From positions 948,112 through 1,012,111 of the forward strand of contig MU053792.1 of assembly GCA_013239625.1 (NCBI GenBank): a DNA stretch of 64,000 bases, in the 5' to 3' direction. The position numbers were made by a program, and so were the translations under genes. The notes under the pieces are model-generated. The model made no database searches, was not told the DNA's origin, and was given only the letters and a program-made list of their open reading frames with translations. Position 1 is the first letter of the stretch. Every line of letters starts with the position of its first letter. The stretch comes from Lama guanicoe (taxonomy: Eukaryota). Shown piece by piece: positions 29,373 through 42,862 of the stretch.

Positions 29373-32061
29373 AGTGCTATTCTCTTTCTATTGAATTTGC
29401 CTCCATTTCCTCATGGTCAGCATTCTCTGGACCAATATTCAAAATTATCCAAAAAATAAGTTGTCCTGTTCTTGCTATGCATAATGTAGCTTCTGACCAT
29501 AGCTACAGAGCTGCTCTTTGGTCTTGTCTATACTCAGTTTTTAAAGAAAATGTGTCAGGTTAATTGTCTTCCCTTTAGGACCCCAAGCTATAAGGACCAT
29601 ACTTCTATTGATAGTAAATGCCCTTGAAGTTTACAACTGTAAAGTTGCCTGTATTTGGTTTAGAAGCAGCTGTTAATTTATTCTCAGAACATTAGCAAGG
29701 TGAAGTGATAGGCATATTTTTGTTGCTGTTTTGGCTTTTTGTGCATCATTAATGTAGGATCCTATTCCCCAAACTTACCTTCCTAAAGGAAAAGACAGCA
29801 GGAAAATTATAATCTGGAAGGCTTCGGCATGGGCTACTGCAGAGGAAGGGACCATCACTATCAGAGAGATCATGACTCTTATACCACTCTGAACAGTTCA
29901 CTGGAAGCAAGAGGAGAAGAATTATAATCATGCTGTGGTAGATTCCTACCCCTTAGTGTCCCAGGGCCCTCTTCGCAAAGAGCATGGAGGTAGGGTGGGA
30001 AAAGACTTCCAAGGAGAGGGAAGCGGGGCTATTTACACCTGGAATAATTAAATATGTAAAGAATATTTTAGACACACACACACAGAGGACTTTGGAGGGA
30101 TTGTGGTAATCAGATGCACCATAAAACTCAAAAATCCCTGTAATAAAATACCATAAAATTCACCTTATTGTGGAGATGTAATATACAAAATATAGAATTC
30201 TATACAGCAGTGACTTAATGTAGTTTTATACTAATTATAGACATCTACTTAGTACTTCACAAGTAAATAATGGCTTTGCATAAAAAGGAAAATATACCCA
30301 TTTGTTTCATAATAGCATATGGGAAGCCACTCACACAACTTTAGATGTCGTTAGCTTCCTTTTGTCTCTAAAGATAATGTCAGCCAAGATGGGGCTGATT
30401 TATTATTCATATTTAAGAAAAAGAAGATAAAATAGTTTGGCAGTCATTTGGAATGAACTGGAACATAATAAAGAACCTGGTTTAAAATTATATTCTGTTT
30501 TAATTTAACTAGGAATACGAAACTGTAGCTCATTTGTTTTAATGTTTGTTATTTTAATGTTTGTTTCTCCCCAAGAATCAGTCCTATAACTATTGTTTTC
30601 AGAATTAAATGGCATACATTTGAGATATTTTTGCCACAAACATAGTATCATATGCACCTGGCAATACCTGAATAGAAATTCACTGTTAGATTCTGCGAAA
30701 TCCCTAGCCTGGCCTCAAGCCTTCTCAGAAATAGGCATTGTATTGTTATGAGAACATTTTATAAATGATAATCATACTAAGAGAAGTTAGAAATACTATG
30801 AATACATTGTTTATCCTCCTTAATACCAGAAATATATTTTTCATGATTAAAAGTAGTTTATTTTAAATGGACAGATTCCCAGTTTTTTGAAAACCTAAAA
30901 ATCATTATTAGGACTCACCCACTCTTTCAAAAACTTTGTAAAGCCATTTCAATATGCTTCCTTACTATCCTACAACTCAACAATGAAAAAAATTAAACGC
31001 AGAAATATATTCTTAGCACTAATTCTGCATTTCAAAGTGTACATTATCAACATGTAGAATAAATCTATCACTTTAAATACCACTGACCACACACACTCAT
31101 CATAGCATATTGAAATAACCTAGATTTTATGTTTTTAACTTTTTTCCTAGGATACTCAATGAAGAAATTGATGAACAACTAATTTTTTGCAGAAATGTTC
31201 AAATTCAGTCTGTTTCTCTAATTTTTAGCTATTTGAGAGTTAGCCAACAATAAAAATTCAATTGGAGTCAATCAAACAAATGGGACACAAACAACTAACT
31301 TCCAAAGAAAATTTAAGCGTATGTGAACCCCCTCCATTATTGCTTTACTACACAGAAGATTGTATAAAAACTGTCAAGAACTACCCATAAAGTCCCTATT
31401 ATTATAGAAGCCTAGTTGTATTTGGAGCTGACAGATACGCAGCTTCTGAGCATCCTTTCTGATACGGTAACAGGGCAGAATCCTATTAATAACTGGCAGG
31501 CGACACCTTCAGATCCCCAGGCCCTAGCCTCCTGTCTTTTCAGGCATTTGCAACTAGAACCACAAAAAAAAAGTATTATCTGCAAACATGGCTGCTCTAC
31601 GTTGCTAATGCCTTTAGCTGACAAAATTTTTTTTTTAAGCATCGGAAATAGAACATTTCAAGTGAAACCAAGTATCCAGAGCCCTAAATCAAGACCCTAA
31701 CCTTTGGCTTATATGTGAGGCTACTTAGAGGTAAATAGAAGTAAATAGGATCCAAGAGAAACGAACCTCAGATAGTCTCCCAGAGTGAAAGTGGAGGACA
31801 TAGACAAAAAAAGAAAGAGAATTTCTTTCTATGAAATGATACAGTAATGATAATATCATATAAGGCAAAGAATTGGCCAATTTATTATTAATGTTCTTTT
31901 TAATTTGTTTACTTTTAAGGCATAATTTTTAATTTGGCTCAGTATATACTGAGCTCTAAAAATTACTGAGCAATGTATTTCTTAAGTGAAACAGTGCTAG
32001 TAACAGTAGAGCATGGTAGCTCTCAAATCGCTTCCACATATGTACATTTTTTTTACTTGCT

Positions 32062-32195
32062 CCTTTTAACACTCTTATGATGTCATTTTGTTATAGGGGA
32101 AGACACTGTAAGTTAGAGATGTTAAGTGACTTGCCCACGGTCCCACACCATTGAGATTGGAACTGGGATCTTCTGACTCTCTCCAGTGCTCTTAT
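32062..32195 (-). mobile_element. MIR SINE relic
   Basis: agagatgttaagtgacttgcccacggtcccacac...gggatcttctgactc matches the reverse-strand MIR core. Confidence 0.65.
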
Positions 32196-35100
32196 GGGAA
32201 AAGAATTTTTTTTAATTTTTTAATATAAATACAGTTTACTTTGAAAACTTACTGAACAGGTTCTGTGATTCTTCCACACTGCACTTTCAGCAGCATTGAT
32301 CATTTCAAGGCATATTGAAAATACCCATATAGAGCTCAAGAAACGAAGATGTTTAATTCACATTAAAAATTAAATAAATCTTGCTAAATTGAATAAATTA
32401 CACAGAAGTAGGTCTCAGATAAGCACAAAGGCTTTTACAACAATTAAAACTGGTCCAAAAATGGAGAGGAGGAATGGCTATGATTCCCAACATCAGAGTG
32501 GTTCAAATAGAAGTACTGTCGCATCTCTTAGGAGAGTGCACCGTGACAGCAACAACTAGATTCCCTTCTCACTCTGAGACTCTGAGCCATGTCCTGGGCT
32601 GTCTCAGCAAAATAACCAAAGAATTCTCTTACACCTCTCTGAACTTGCAGACACTTAACAAGACTAGGGGAAAATTCATTCCCAGAACCTCAACAGAAGC
32701 TCGTCCAGTTTCGAAATTAAATAAATCACTAATTCAGTGAATAGCTGCTCTTCCCACAGTCTGTCTCCATTGAGAAGTGGAAAGCTATTGAAGGAAAGCA
32801 CTTCTCTGAAAGAACCACAGAGCTAGAGGTAGACACTGTTCTTGTGTGCTAATATACACAGACATTTAAAATTATATACTGACATCCAATTTTCAGCAAG
32901 TACAAATCTGGCAAAATTCACTGGATTATATGAATAAAATGGCAAAAGCAAAGCACATGCATGTAGAAGAACTTCCTTTTTTTCAAGAATAAAAGATGTA
33001 TTTCCGTATCTAGATACAGTTAAAAAGTTGATCCATGTAATATGGTATCCCATGGTGTTTCAATATGTTAATATTTGGGAGGGTTGATTTTTAAGGATGC
33101 TATGATAATGCCAACAACTTTAGTATCACTTAATTTATTTTTCATTTTTCCCTTCATCACAAATAGCAGTTTATGCCCTGAAGCATGAAGGCTGCCCAGC
33201 CACTGTAGTTGTAACCAATCCAAGCGGTACACCTACAGTTATTTTTATACATACATTCTCAGATCATTTCAGAATATAAAGATATTTAAGTCAAACCTCT
33301 GTCATATAAGTGAGTTCCATGGATGAAGGAGGCGTTTCATAACATATAGTTTACCCTATTTTTCTCTTTATAGCACAGCTTTACAATTTCTGAATGTATC
33401 TGTTTCAGAAAAAATAAGGTCACTATTTCTGCATACATCCCTTAGAATGTATAGTGTAGTGGATTGAAGTCTAGTTTCTCAAAATAGCCATTCTTCAAAT
33501 ATTCATTAAAGAAATGAAGTTGAAGTTTCCAAGGAAGAACACGAGAAAAAAAAAATATATATATATATATATTTGTAGTAGGAGTTACATTGTGCCATAT
33601 TTATATCATGTAACTTCAAGGTGGTTAAAGTTCGTAGGATGAATCTAATGCTAAATACATGGTAATAGTGATGGATATATAATACAGAATCTGCCATACA
33701 GTGTTTTTTCCCTGCACATTTTCATAATAGCCATTTGAGTAATGACCACAACATCCTTCATTCTGACATCGCTCTGGAATATATTGTAATAACCTAAGGT
33801 TCCAAAGTTCATCCATTTTCTCACTTGATGTCATTTTACTTGATTAAGAATTTTAATAAGTTACCCAAAGTTAAATAACAATAGCACATGATCTTGTATG
33901 GGTTCAGGCTCATTCTTGGTCTCCACTTTCCTCCACGTCTCACAGAATTCAATCAGTTGTCTGGTATTTGACCTTTTTTTGTGGGAGCCAGTCATGATCT
34001 TTGAAATTATGCCAAAGGGTGTCTAGGAATTGACCCTAAGCTCAGTGAATTAGACAGTGGTCTCAAAAAGAAACAAAGGAATTCAAGTAAGAAAAGATCA
34101 AATCAGAGACCATACAAGTGAAAAAGAAATAAAATATAATAAGTACTACATAGCAAGCACATGTATACGAATAGGTTTTCCCCTACGACCCCTTGACTTT
34201 GGCTCTGCTGTCTTAGTCTGGGCAGATGACGCTGCTGGAATTCAAGTCAAAGAGCTGAGACAAGACAGAACTGGAATAGAAACCCATTATTGCCTAATTC
34301 CAAATCCATGCTCTTTTCACCATGCTGCCTTGTTTCTCTCCAAAGACACCAAAAATCCTACTTAAACAGAGCAACATTAAAGGGGAGGAAAAAAATCCCA
34401 TCTTTATCCTACCTGTGATTTCCTGTTTTGAAAAATTAAGCACATGGTTTCTGATAATATTCATCTCCCAGACTTTTTCCTAACGCTCCCATCTAATGAC
34501 CTCTTAGATTTTTTTTCATTTTTATAGTAATTCTTGTTCATATCAGATTTAGTACTGCCCTAAACATGATGTTGCTTGTAGCAGTATGATTTTACCCTCA
34601 AAAGATATGAAGACCATGAGGGGAATGGGTTGAGCACATCACAGCATGCCTCTTTCCATCTAGGGAACGCTAGGTGCCCCCATGGAACAACCTTCATGAT
34701 TCACTCCAGCTGAGCAACGCCCTTCCATAAGTTACTCTGCTCTAAGTCAGCCTTCAGTTTATGGGAGTGCTAATGAAACAGACTGACTCAGGAGTGCTAA
34801 TAAGATACACTGACTGAAGAGCAGATAATTCTGTCTCCCTTACACAGCTGTTGTTCTTTCCCCTTTGGCTTAATCCTTCAGTGGATTTTAAGTTCAATTC
34901 AATGATCGCCCCAGTATATCAGACAGTTGGTAGTGTCTTGTGAGACCTGAGGAAGGGATCAGCCAGAACTGAACTTGACTTTAATACAAGACCATGTTCT
35001 ATTATTGTTTAACTTTGGGTATTTCTCCCCTAGGAGGAGGACAGAGGAGAACTAACCAGCTCCAGGACCAAGGTAAGAGGGGAGTTTTCTTTCAAAAGAA

Positions 35101-36984
35101 TGGGTTCCATTTATTTGAAGGAAACCCCTCCCCCACCTATTTTTAATTCCCTTTTCTTTATACATTTATATTTTTAACCCAACAGTATTAGGAACCAGCT
35201 TGCCACCCGTGCATAATAGTTTTTTTTTGAACATCCACTTACAAATACAGCAGGAAAAAATAAAAACCTTCACATAAGTCATATCAGTTAAACACTAGTG
35301 TTTTTATGTTTTCTGTCATTATTAATATCAGTGCCAGTTTTCTATTAAGGATTAGATTCTCACATAGGCTTTAGGAAACCGTTATCAGCTGTTAATTTCA
35401 CTCTACGTAAAATCTGGATAGTAACTGACAAACCACAATGGATAATGGGGTTACAAAAATATTAAAACTAAAATCCAAAGTGTTTCTATTAGAAAATATA
35501 TCATTATTAAGAAAATTTGGATTAAAAGAAGCAGCTGATATAATTTAAATGATATATAATTTGATGTATAGTCCAGTTAGACTTCTGGTGTGAAGTAATA
35601 TATTTAACATGGTATTTAAGGTACCGTATGAAAACTGTGGTTCGAAAAATAAGAGGAAAAGGAGGTAATACTGTCTTGAGCGGTATTTATCCATCCTTAT
35701 AGAACCTCTTCCCAGGCCTCTTATGTTGCTTTTAATGGCTTTCAGTGATACTCTCACATTTTACTTTGCTGTCCATGAAAATCATCAGTATTCCCTGCCT
35801 TTGGTACTGAATTTCAAACTGGTCCCTGCATAGGGAAGGAATACAAGGTGAGAAACAGGTGAAAGAATTTATAAAAACATCCAAAATCTGAGACATTAGA
35901 AGAAATCACATGGATGATGGAGGCACCAGCTTCTAGATTCTTTCCAGAAGTAGTCTTTGTTATTGTTGCTCTCCAAGGAGGTGAGATTTTATGTGACTCA
36001 AGTGGGTTTTAGGAGAGCTTTAGGATCAGATAACTGAGACACGTGGGGATCAAGATGAAGGAAATTTCAGGAAAGAGAAGAAATATGCAGAAAGAATGAG
36101 AATTCAGATCATGAGTTAGCAGAAAATAGCATCTTTCAGAAACACAGTTTTTGCTTTGTCACAAATATGTTTCAAATCTTGGCATCTTAAAATTGGATTG
36201 TTGGGGTTTTTAATGAAAGGAAATCATTTCAGAAGGATATATTTTTGTGAGACACTTGTCTTCTGAGCAGTGAACCATAGTAGTCACTGGATTAGGAATA
36301 TACATAAGAGGAACATAAAACATAGAAATTTAATTTTAATACCAACATACTCTATTTATGTAGATCATGATATTGCAGTGGTCACCGAATCCAGAAACCT
36401 AATCACTGAACTTTCAGCAGATAATGCCTTTTGTCAGAGTCAAATAGAACCTAACTTTGCCTTTCTCACTCACTGACTCTTTTAGTGAAAAGTACTGGAT
36501 TTATTTGAGACACATTATTTATTTCTGATTAATTTATTCCTGAGTTTTAGGATGCCAGCTGTATGGACTGCATAAGCAAAAAAGAAAAAAGTCACAATAT
36601 ATTTAGTGGGCTGTATGTGTTAGAATTGGACACCCTTACTTATGTCAGGCAGATCTGCTGTGTACTTTGAATTCCTATGAAATATGTCATCGTAATCTCA
36701 TTCAGGGAAAGAATTATTGGTGGTTCTGCAGTGACTTCTTGTTCTTCTGCATAACCTGAAATTGAAACGAAACACCATTTTTTTGCTTGTTTTGTTGCTC
36801 AGAACAATAAAAGTATTGCTCTCATATTAACTGCATTCAATATATTAGGTATATCTTAAATAGTTAATGCCAGTGCTCAAGCCAGTAGTTTAAAAAGTAC
36901 CCGAGCCCTGTTGAGCAGCAAATAGCTGAAAGACTATGTGATATATTCTAGTATTAACACCAGTAGGAGCAACTTAGGTAAGAC

Positions 36985-37866
36985 TGTTAGCCAGTAGGGA
37001 GGCCCTCTAAATTAAGAGGCCCACCAAAGTGTGGGTCCTTGCCTGCCGGCTGGAAAGGATTCACCGCTGAGGCAGAGGGACAGAGTGAAACTGCTTTTAT
37101 TTCTTAAAAGAGGAAAAAAAAGGAAAGTGCTTGAGGGGGAAGAATGAAAGACAAGCGGTCGAGCAAGGAAGAGGCACTGGAGTGGAGCCATCAGCCACGG
37201 CGGCTGGTAGAGACGGCTCTGGCCCGGGTCAGGCCACTTTTTATGGGAGGCTTCTGCCCTCATGTTCTCCTTCTGGGTGTGATGGAGCTAGTCAATCGTT
37301 GTTCAAGTTTTTTGGTTCTTATATGGGCTTTTCTGGTGGTGGCGGTGATGTGGTGCTAGTGGGGGTGTCATTCAGCACGCTAATATATTACAAGGAGTAC
37401 ATAATGAGGCTCAGGGTCCATTGGAAGTCAAGTCGGCCACCATCTTGGACTCTGTTGGTTCTAGCCAGTTCTTATTTTTTCTCTACAGCTGCTTCCTGAG
37501 GCCTAGATAAAAATAATCAGTTTCTAGTCGAGGGAGGGGCAGGGGTATGGTCCTGGGGGGCAACAGCCTTGATGACCAAAAGGAAAATTGCTTTTAACCA
37601 AAATGCCTGCAATTTGGTGGACCCAGTATCTCCCTTCCAAAAAAAAAAAAAAAAAACTCCAAAGATTCTGTTCAGCCATGAAACTTTGAAAGGGAATTGA
37701 AGAAATAATCTCAGTTAATCCTTGAGATAGGTGGTTAGAGTAGTTGCCATTGCCCCTGCAGGCTTGTCCTCTTTGAGCTTGCTCTTCTAAGGGTGAGGGA
37801 GGCCTGGGAGACAATAAACGAGAGGCATGGATTGGTGGAGGGGCCACAAGGTCCTGCTCCCTTTCA
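36985..37866 (-). mobile_element. ERV1-type solo LTR (882 bp)
   Basis: TG...CA ends, perfect 4-bp TSD agac (36981-36984 and 37867-37870), minus-strand AATAAA (tttatt near 37096); shares motifs (gtgtgggtccttg, gctaat...tacaaNgagt, gaagtcaa...gccatcttgg) with LTRs at 44385 and 55160. Confidence 0.85.
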
Positions 37867-38558
37867 AGACTATTTTAATAATTTAAACTTTTTGTCATTT
37901 CTTCTTATTTAAATTTTTAATAAAGACAAATGAGAGTCGGAATATATTTTTGTTTTGAAATATGATTATGAGCCTTGTTGCTCTCAAAGAGTTGCTTCGT
38001 GTTTCAGTTAGGATAGTGTAAATGTTAAATCTTTGCTGACACATGTACTTAGAATTCTTAGCCTTCAGGTATTTTCAGAGAATAACAGAAAAGCCACATG
38101 CTCTCTTAGTTATGAGCCCCCTTGGAATGGCAAATTCAGACAGCTTCCTTTCAACATCCTATTAGCTTATAATCTCTGTTTCTCTAAGACATATTTTTAT
38201 CACTCAATTTCCTTTTCCTGTTTGTACCATTCTCCCACCTAACCAAAATCCAAGCCAAAACTAAAGGTAGATGAAACAAGATTAATTAAGACATTTTAAG
38301 TTAAATTTAAATATAGTGTACTGCTAATGAAACTGAAGCTTTAAATAAAAGAGAAAAATTAAAACTTTTTTCTCTCAAGAACTAGATAAAAAATTTAAAG
38401 TATTTGTATATAAAGGTTAAGTAGATGTATGTAGTGAATTAAATACATATTTATATATATATATAATAAACTTAATCAAGTTAAACCAAATACAGTTAGC
38501 TTTAAAATCTGTTTATGATAAATGCAATTTTTATTTCTAAAATGTGATCAATTGTATT

Positions 38559-39022
38559 TGTCAACTAAAAAATACACAACCTAAAAGTTGAGAGTTCTGT
38601 TTTGTTTGGTGGACTTTCTGAGGACTCCAGCCTGGGAGGCAGCCTCTCAGATCGCTCTAAGAGACTGCTTCGAAGAGGCAAGGGAGGAGCCAGGATATAT
38701 GTGAGTTTTTGCAACAAAGACCAGGTAGTCAGAACATCAGAAGATTACTGTAGATAATGAATTTAACACTTTTCTGTGTTTGGGCTTATTGAAATTACTC
38801 CGTTGATACGCACCTTAGCTGTCTAGGGCCAGTGTCCTGTTCTTTCACATCCTGAGTTCCCTGAAGGTAACCCCTGGGGAGTAGCCACAGAGACCAGGCT
38901 GCCTACTTGTCTCCATCCTGAGTTCCCTCTGCTCACTGTTGGAGGCGGCAGCAGTGGCTGATGACTTGATGGCTACAGCATCCTCTGTTTACTGATATGG
39001 CAAGTACTATATTTCATTCACA
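38559..39022 (-). mobile_element. ERV1-type solo LTR, MER41-like (464 bp)
   Basis: tgtcaactaaaaaatacacaacctaaaagttgagag...atttcattcaca with TG...CA ends and near-TSD tatt/taat; sequence resembles laurasiatherian MER41-like LTRs by eye. Confidence 0.75.
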
Positions 39023-39949
39023 TAATTGTTCTAAGTAGGAAAAATTTTTTCTAAAGGTGTTATGTTTTACTTGCAAAATAGATTAGAACTGAATTATAAA
39101 AATATGAGTATCTGGGGTTTTTATCTTAGAGTTTAGTTGGAAGTGTCAGATTTCCCTGGATATTTACAACAAACTTGTCTTTGATTTTATCTTTTAGAAT
39201 TCTTTGGCTGCACGTACTTTACTGGTGACCCCTTTATTTTAACTCTCTATAATTCTCTGACATGCTTTCGTAGGTTATTTTTTTTATACAATGGACAAAA
39301 TTGCTTGCCATTATTCATTATGATAGCTAGTCTCAGTAATTTTTATGTCCCTTGTGCCAGTATTTAATAATAGACAACTTTTGAAGCCTTTTGCTTTGTT
39401 TTGTTTTGTTTCAAAATACTCTTCATACCAGATCTTCCCAAAATTCATTAGATTCCAAGGTTGAAGAATTTTCTTTTATTGTCTAACACACTATACTTTA
39501 ATTTTAATGAGATTTTTTGAAAAGTAGCACCTTAAGTTAACCACTGACATACCTATTCTGCACTTAGTTATCACACACCCACCGCATTCCTTGCCCTGCG
39601 TTAGGACTGAGGAAGGTATAGAGTACTATAAAACAAAGCTGTTGTCCCCCAAGAAGGAGAAAAATGTACTGGTAAAATTGTAAAGTAATGTATGACTTAG
39701 AGCAACAGTGAGTGCTCCAGAAAATAAATAGATGATTTGAAGAAGCAGTAGATAAACAGCATCTAGAATATTTGGGAAAGACCTGATAAAACAAGTTTAG
39801 ATGTACTGATTGGTAAATATTAATTGAATGAATAAGTCAATGAGTGATTACTGGAAAATGGTAGGAACTTTAGAAAAGTTTTTTTAGAAAGGAATTCTTG
39901 GTGAAGTTTCTATCATGAGACTGGAAATGATTCTGAATAAAACATCTCT

Positions 39950-41325
39950 GGGACTTTAAGGAAACTAGCCTGGCTGGAGGCAGAGAAGAGCTGTTTGGGG
40001 AACTAGAGTGGTTAAGAGACTGGGTTTCTGTGTTAGACAGACCCAGATCCTATTCCCATACTTGCCATTTACTAGCCATGTGGATATAATGAGGATTCGG
40101 TGAGAATGCAAACAACACACAGAGTCTGGCTCAACACAATAGAATGAAATTATACTTTAAAGGCATCTGTAAACTGAATTTGGGGGAAGCCTTGAATGCC
40201 AGAAAAATTAGAATAGATTAGTATCTTGGAGGCAATCAGGAGCCACTGCAGATTTTGGACAAAGCACTAAAACAAGCAAAGAGGCAAGGTTGTTCTGACT
40301 TTGAGGATCTGAGATTGGATTGAAAGAGTCAATGGCTCTTGTCTCAGGTGATAAAGCCTTTGACTGAGGGGATGCCAGTGTAATAGAAATAAAAATATGA
40401 ATTTAGGAGACACTTCGGAAAAACAGTTCTTAAAGGATAATTGTGTCGGGAGCCACGCCACCAGACCCTGAGGCTGTACGCACAGCGAGGCCTATGAGGG
40501 GGCCACTGCACAGCAGTGGTAAGAAAAGTTGTGGCGGGGTTCTCTGCATCTTCTTAGGATTTTGCTCAATATTTGCTTTGCTATGTGGATATATTAAGAA
40601 TTATGATTCTAGGGAGTCCCTACGGGGACAAGATGGGGAAATTCAGGGGAAGACTGGAACAAATATGACTAAGGGGCAATTCCATATAAATGTGTCCCAA
40701 GAAATCTGTGCAGAGCTGTCTCTTTTATCAGGAGCCAGAGTAAGGGCAAAAAGATACCTAGAGGAAATTGGGCTTGGATTGGAGGACCATCGAATGTTCC
40801 GTGGTGCTGCTATAGTTATTGTTGCGTATCTTGAAGGGAGGACTCTAACTGAATGGGTTAAGTAAAGTTTAAATCAGGCTTCAAAGAATTCTGCTGTCAA
40901 CCTGTTAATCAGCTATTTGAGAATGGTCTGTCTAGGTCAATATAATCTTAAAAATTCTCGGAGACAAAAAGAACAAAAAGAAATTGGTCGTTCTGAACGT
41001 TCTGGTACAACAGAGTTAATGGAAAGAGAACAAGATTAAATCAAGATTCTCATGAGCAGCGAAGCGGCCAAATGGAACAAGTAAAGGGACAGTGAAGGCG
41101 CAGGTTGTTTGAGCTGTTCCGGAAGAGCTAACCGCAGAAGCGTAACAAAGACTAAAATTGTTAGTACTGTACTTCCCCCTCTGTATTTTGAAACCGCAAG
41201 TGCTTGTAAGCATAAGTATAAATACCACAACATGAGTAAACTGGGAGAAAAACAGTTCTTAAAGGATAATTGGCTATAGGAAAGGAAGGAAATGAGAATT
41301 CAAAGATGAGATTGAGTTTTTATGA
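39950..41325 (-). mobile_element. L2 LINE relic (with a MIR piece at ~40003-40140), interrupted by the 40444-41246 insert
   Basis: ggcaatcaggagccactgcagattttgga...gaatttaggagacacttcggaa [insert] ggctataggaaaggaaggaaatgagaattcaaagatgagattgagttt follows reverse-strand L2 continuously across the insert. Confidence 0.55.
40444..41246 (+). mobile_element. Unidentified 803-bp insertion flanked by a perfect 26-bp direct repeat (probable retrotransposed RNA fragment, possibly retroviral leader-gag)
   Basis: gaaaaacagttcttaaaggataattg at both 40418-40443 and 41247-41272; about 19 CpGs; one frame spans the insert with only three TAA stops; no poly-A tail. The insertion is seen directly; its identity is inferred. 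Confidence 0.8.
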
Positions 41326-41890
41326 TCATGCTTTTTTTTGTTAATTGTTTTTACGTTTCTATTCCTTCTGTGAAAAATTCAGTCTGTTATACCGAAGCTT
41401 CCTTGTGATGCTGGTCTTAGGAATCCCAGATTACATATCCTAAAAGATTAAAACAAATAATTAAGAACCTTGAATTATCAAAATAAACCTATCTAATATT
41501 AACGTGGTGAGAAAATAAATGCTACCATCTAATCAAATCAAGTCATCATTTAGATGATGTATTGCTTTTTAGAGAAAGTCAGTATTGCTTTTTAAAGAAA
41601 GTCATCTACTGACTGTACTTCTTTCTGGAATACATAGGAAGAATCAGTTCAGCTGACGAGATCACCTGCCTTTGAAGACTTAAGGAGTATTTAGCCAGAC
41701 AGCACAGAAGTTGCCAACTTACTAGTGTAGAAAATACAAGTCAAAGTTTAATCAAGGAGTAACCACTACCAAGCGTGAAAAACTTCTCAGGAAACAGAAA
41801 ATTTCCTTCGAGACCCATAGGAGGGATTGGTAAATAGTTTAACTCCCCAGGAAAGGGTGATAGGAGGCAAAGATATCATAGTAACTTTGG

Positions 41891-42050
41891 GAAAGAGCAC
41901 TGGACTAGAAGGCAGAAGACCTGAGTCCCAGCTGGGCTTTGGTGAGCAAGCCACCTAACTTTCATTAGACCCCAGTGACCACACTTGTAAAATGAGAAGG
42001 TTGGAGCCAACCTCTAAACCATATTTTGACTCAACTATTGTATGATTCTT
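41891..42050 (+). mobile_element. MIR3-like SINE relic
   Basis: gaaagagcactggactagaaggcagaagacctgagtccc...tgtaaaatgagaaggttgga...tatgattct. Confidence 0.65.
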
Positions 42051-42862
42051 GTTCTTTAAAGCAATTGTTGGACGTTTTTAAGAATAAGCAAAGGATGCAA
42101 AAAGGAAGCATGGTCATGATTCATGGAATGGCTTAGAATTCTGGAAATTATATAAAGAGAATAAAAGGAATGTTCTAGGAGATGAAAGAATCTAAAGTCA
42201 GGGGTAGGGCAGAGTCCACACAGCAAATGACGGTCTAAGCACAGCATCTTTGCTTAGCACTGCTAAACAACCACCAGGTCTTGTATTTTTGAAATTTTAC
42301 CTTAGAATGATAATAATCACAACTTAAAAAGTGACTGATATCCAGAGATAACTTGAAGTACTTCATAAGCTAGGAAATTGCAGTCAGACCTTGAATTAAA
42401 GTCCTTTTTTGTATGATTTGATCACAGATAATGATAATAATGGGGTGGTTAGGGGCAGGGACTTAATCCCATATCATCTCAAACAGCACACTCAAAAGGC
42501 CACCACAAGTCAAATGAAATGTACATTATTTACTATGATTAATCTATATTTTCTCAATATTATACAAGGGTAAATAAAAGTATGTTTTGACGGTTTTTAT
42601 TTTTAACGTTTATTGATTTAACAGACAGTCCTTTAAAAAAAAAATCCCATGTATGATGTGCTTGCAGAATGATCACAAGTTGAGGTTAATATCTTGGAAA
42701 GTCCTTCCTGCCAAATCACAGTCCTAAAAACCTTTTCTCTATTAAAATTCTGGAGCCACCATGGGTTACAGAAATATTTTTATTTCTCTTACCTTTAAGA
42801 GACATATTTGAAAATAGTCATTCATTAATTTCAAAGCAGGTGTTATTAGGATTGTCAGGGCA

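Noticed and set aside
34764..34816. Two ~27-bp direct repeats ggagtgctaat...actgact
   Set aside because: Only two diverged copies; ordinary local duplication, possibly inside an old LTR.
37012..37847. Several 70-120 aa ORFs
   Set aside because: All lie within a GC-richer solo LTR; not coding.
41559..41604. 23-bp tandem duplication gtattgctttttaRagaaagtca
   Set aside because: Simple slippage duplication with no further structure.
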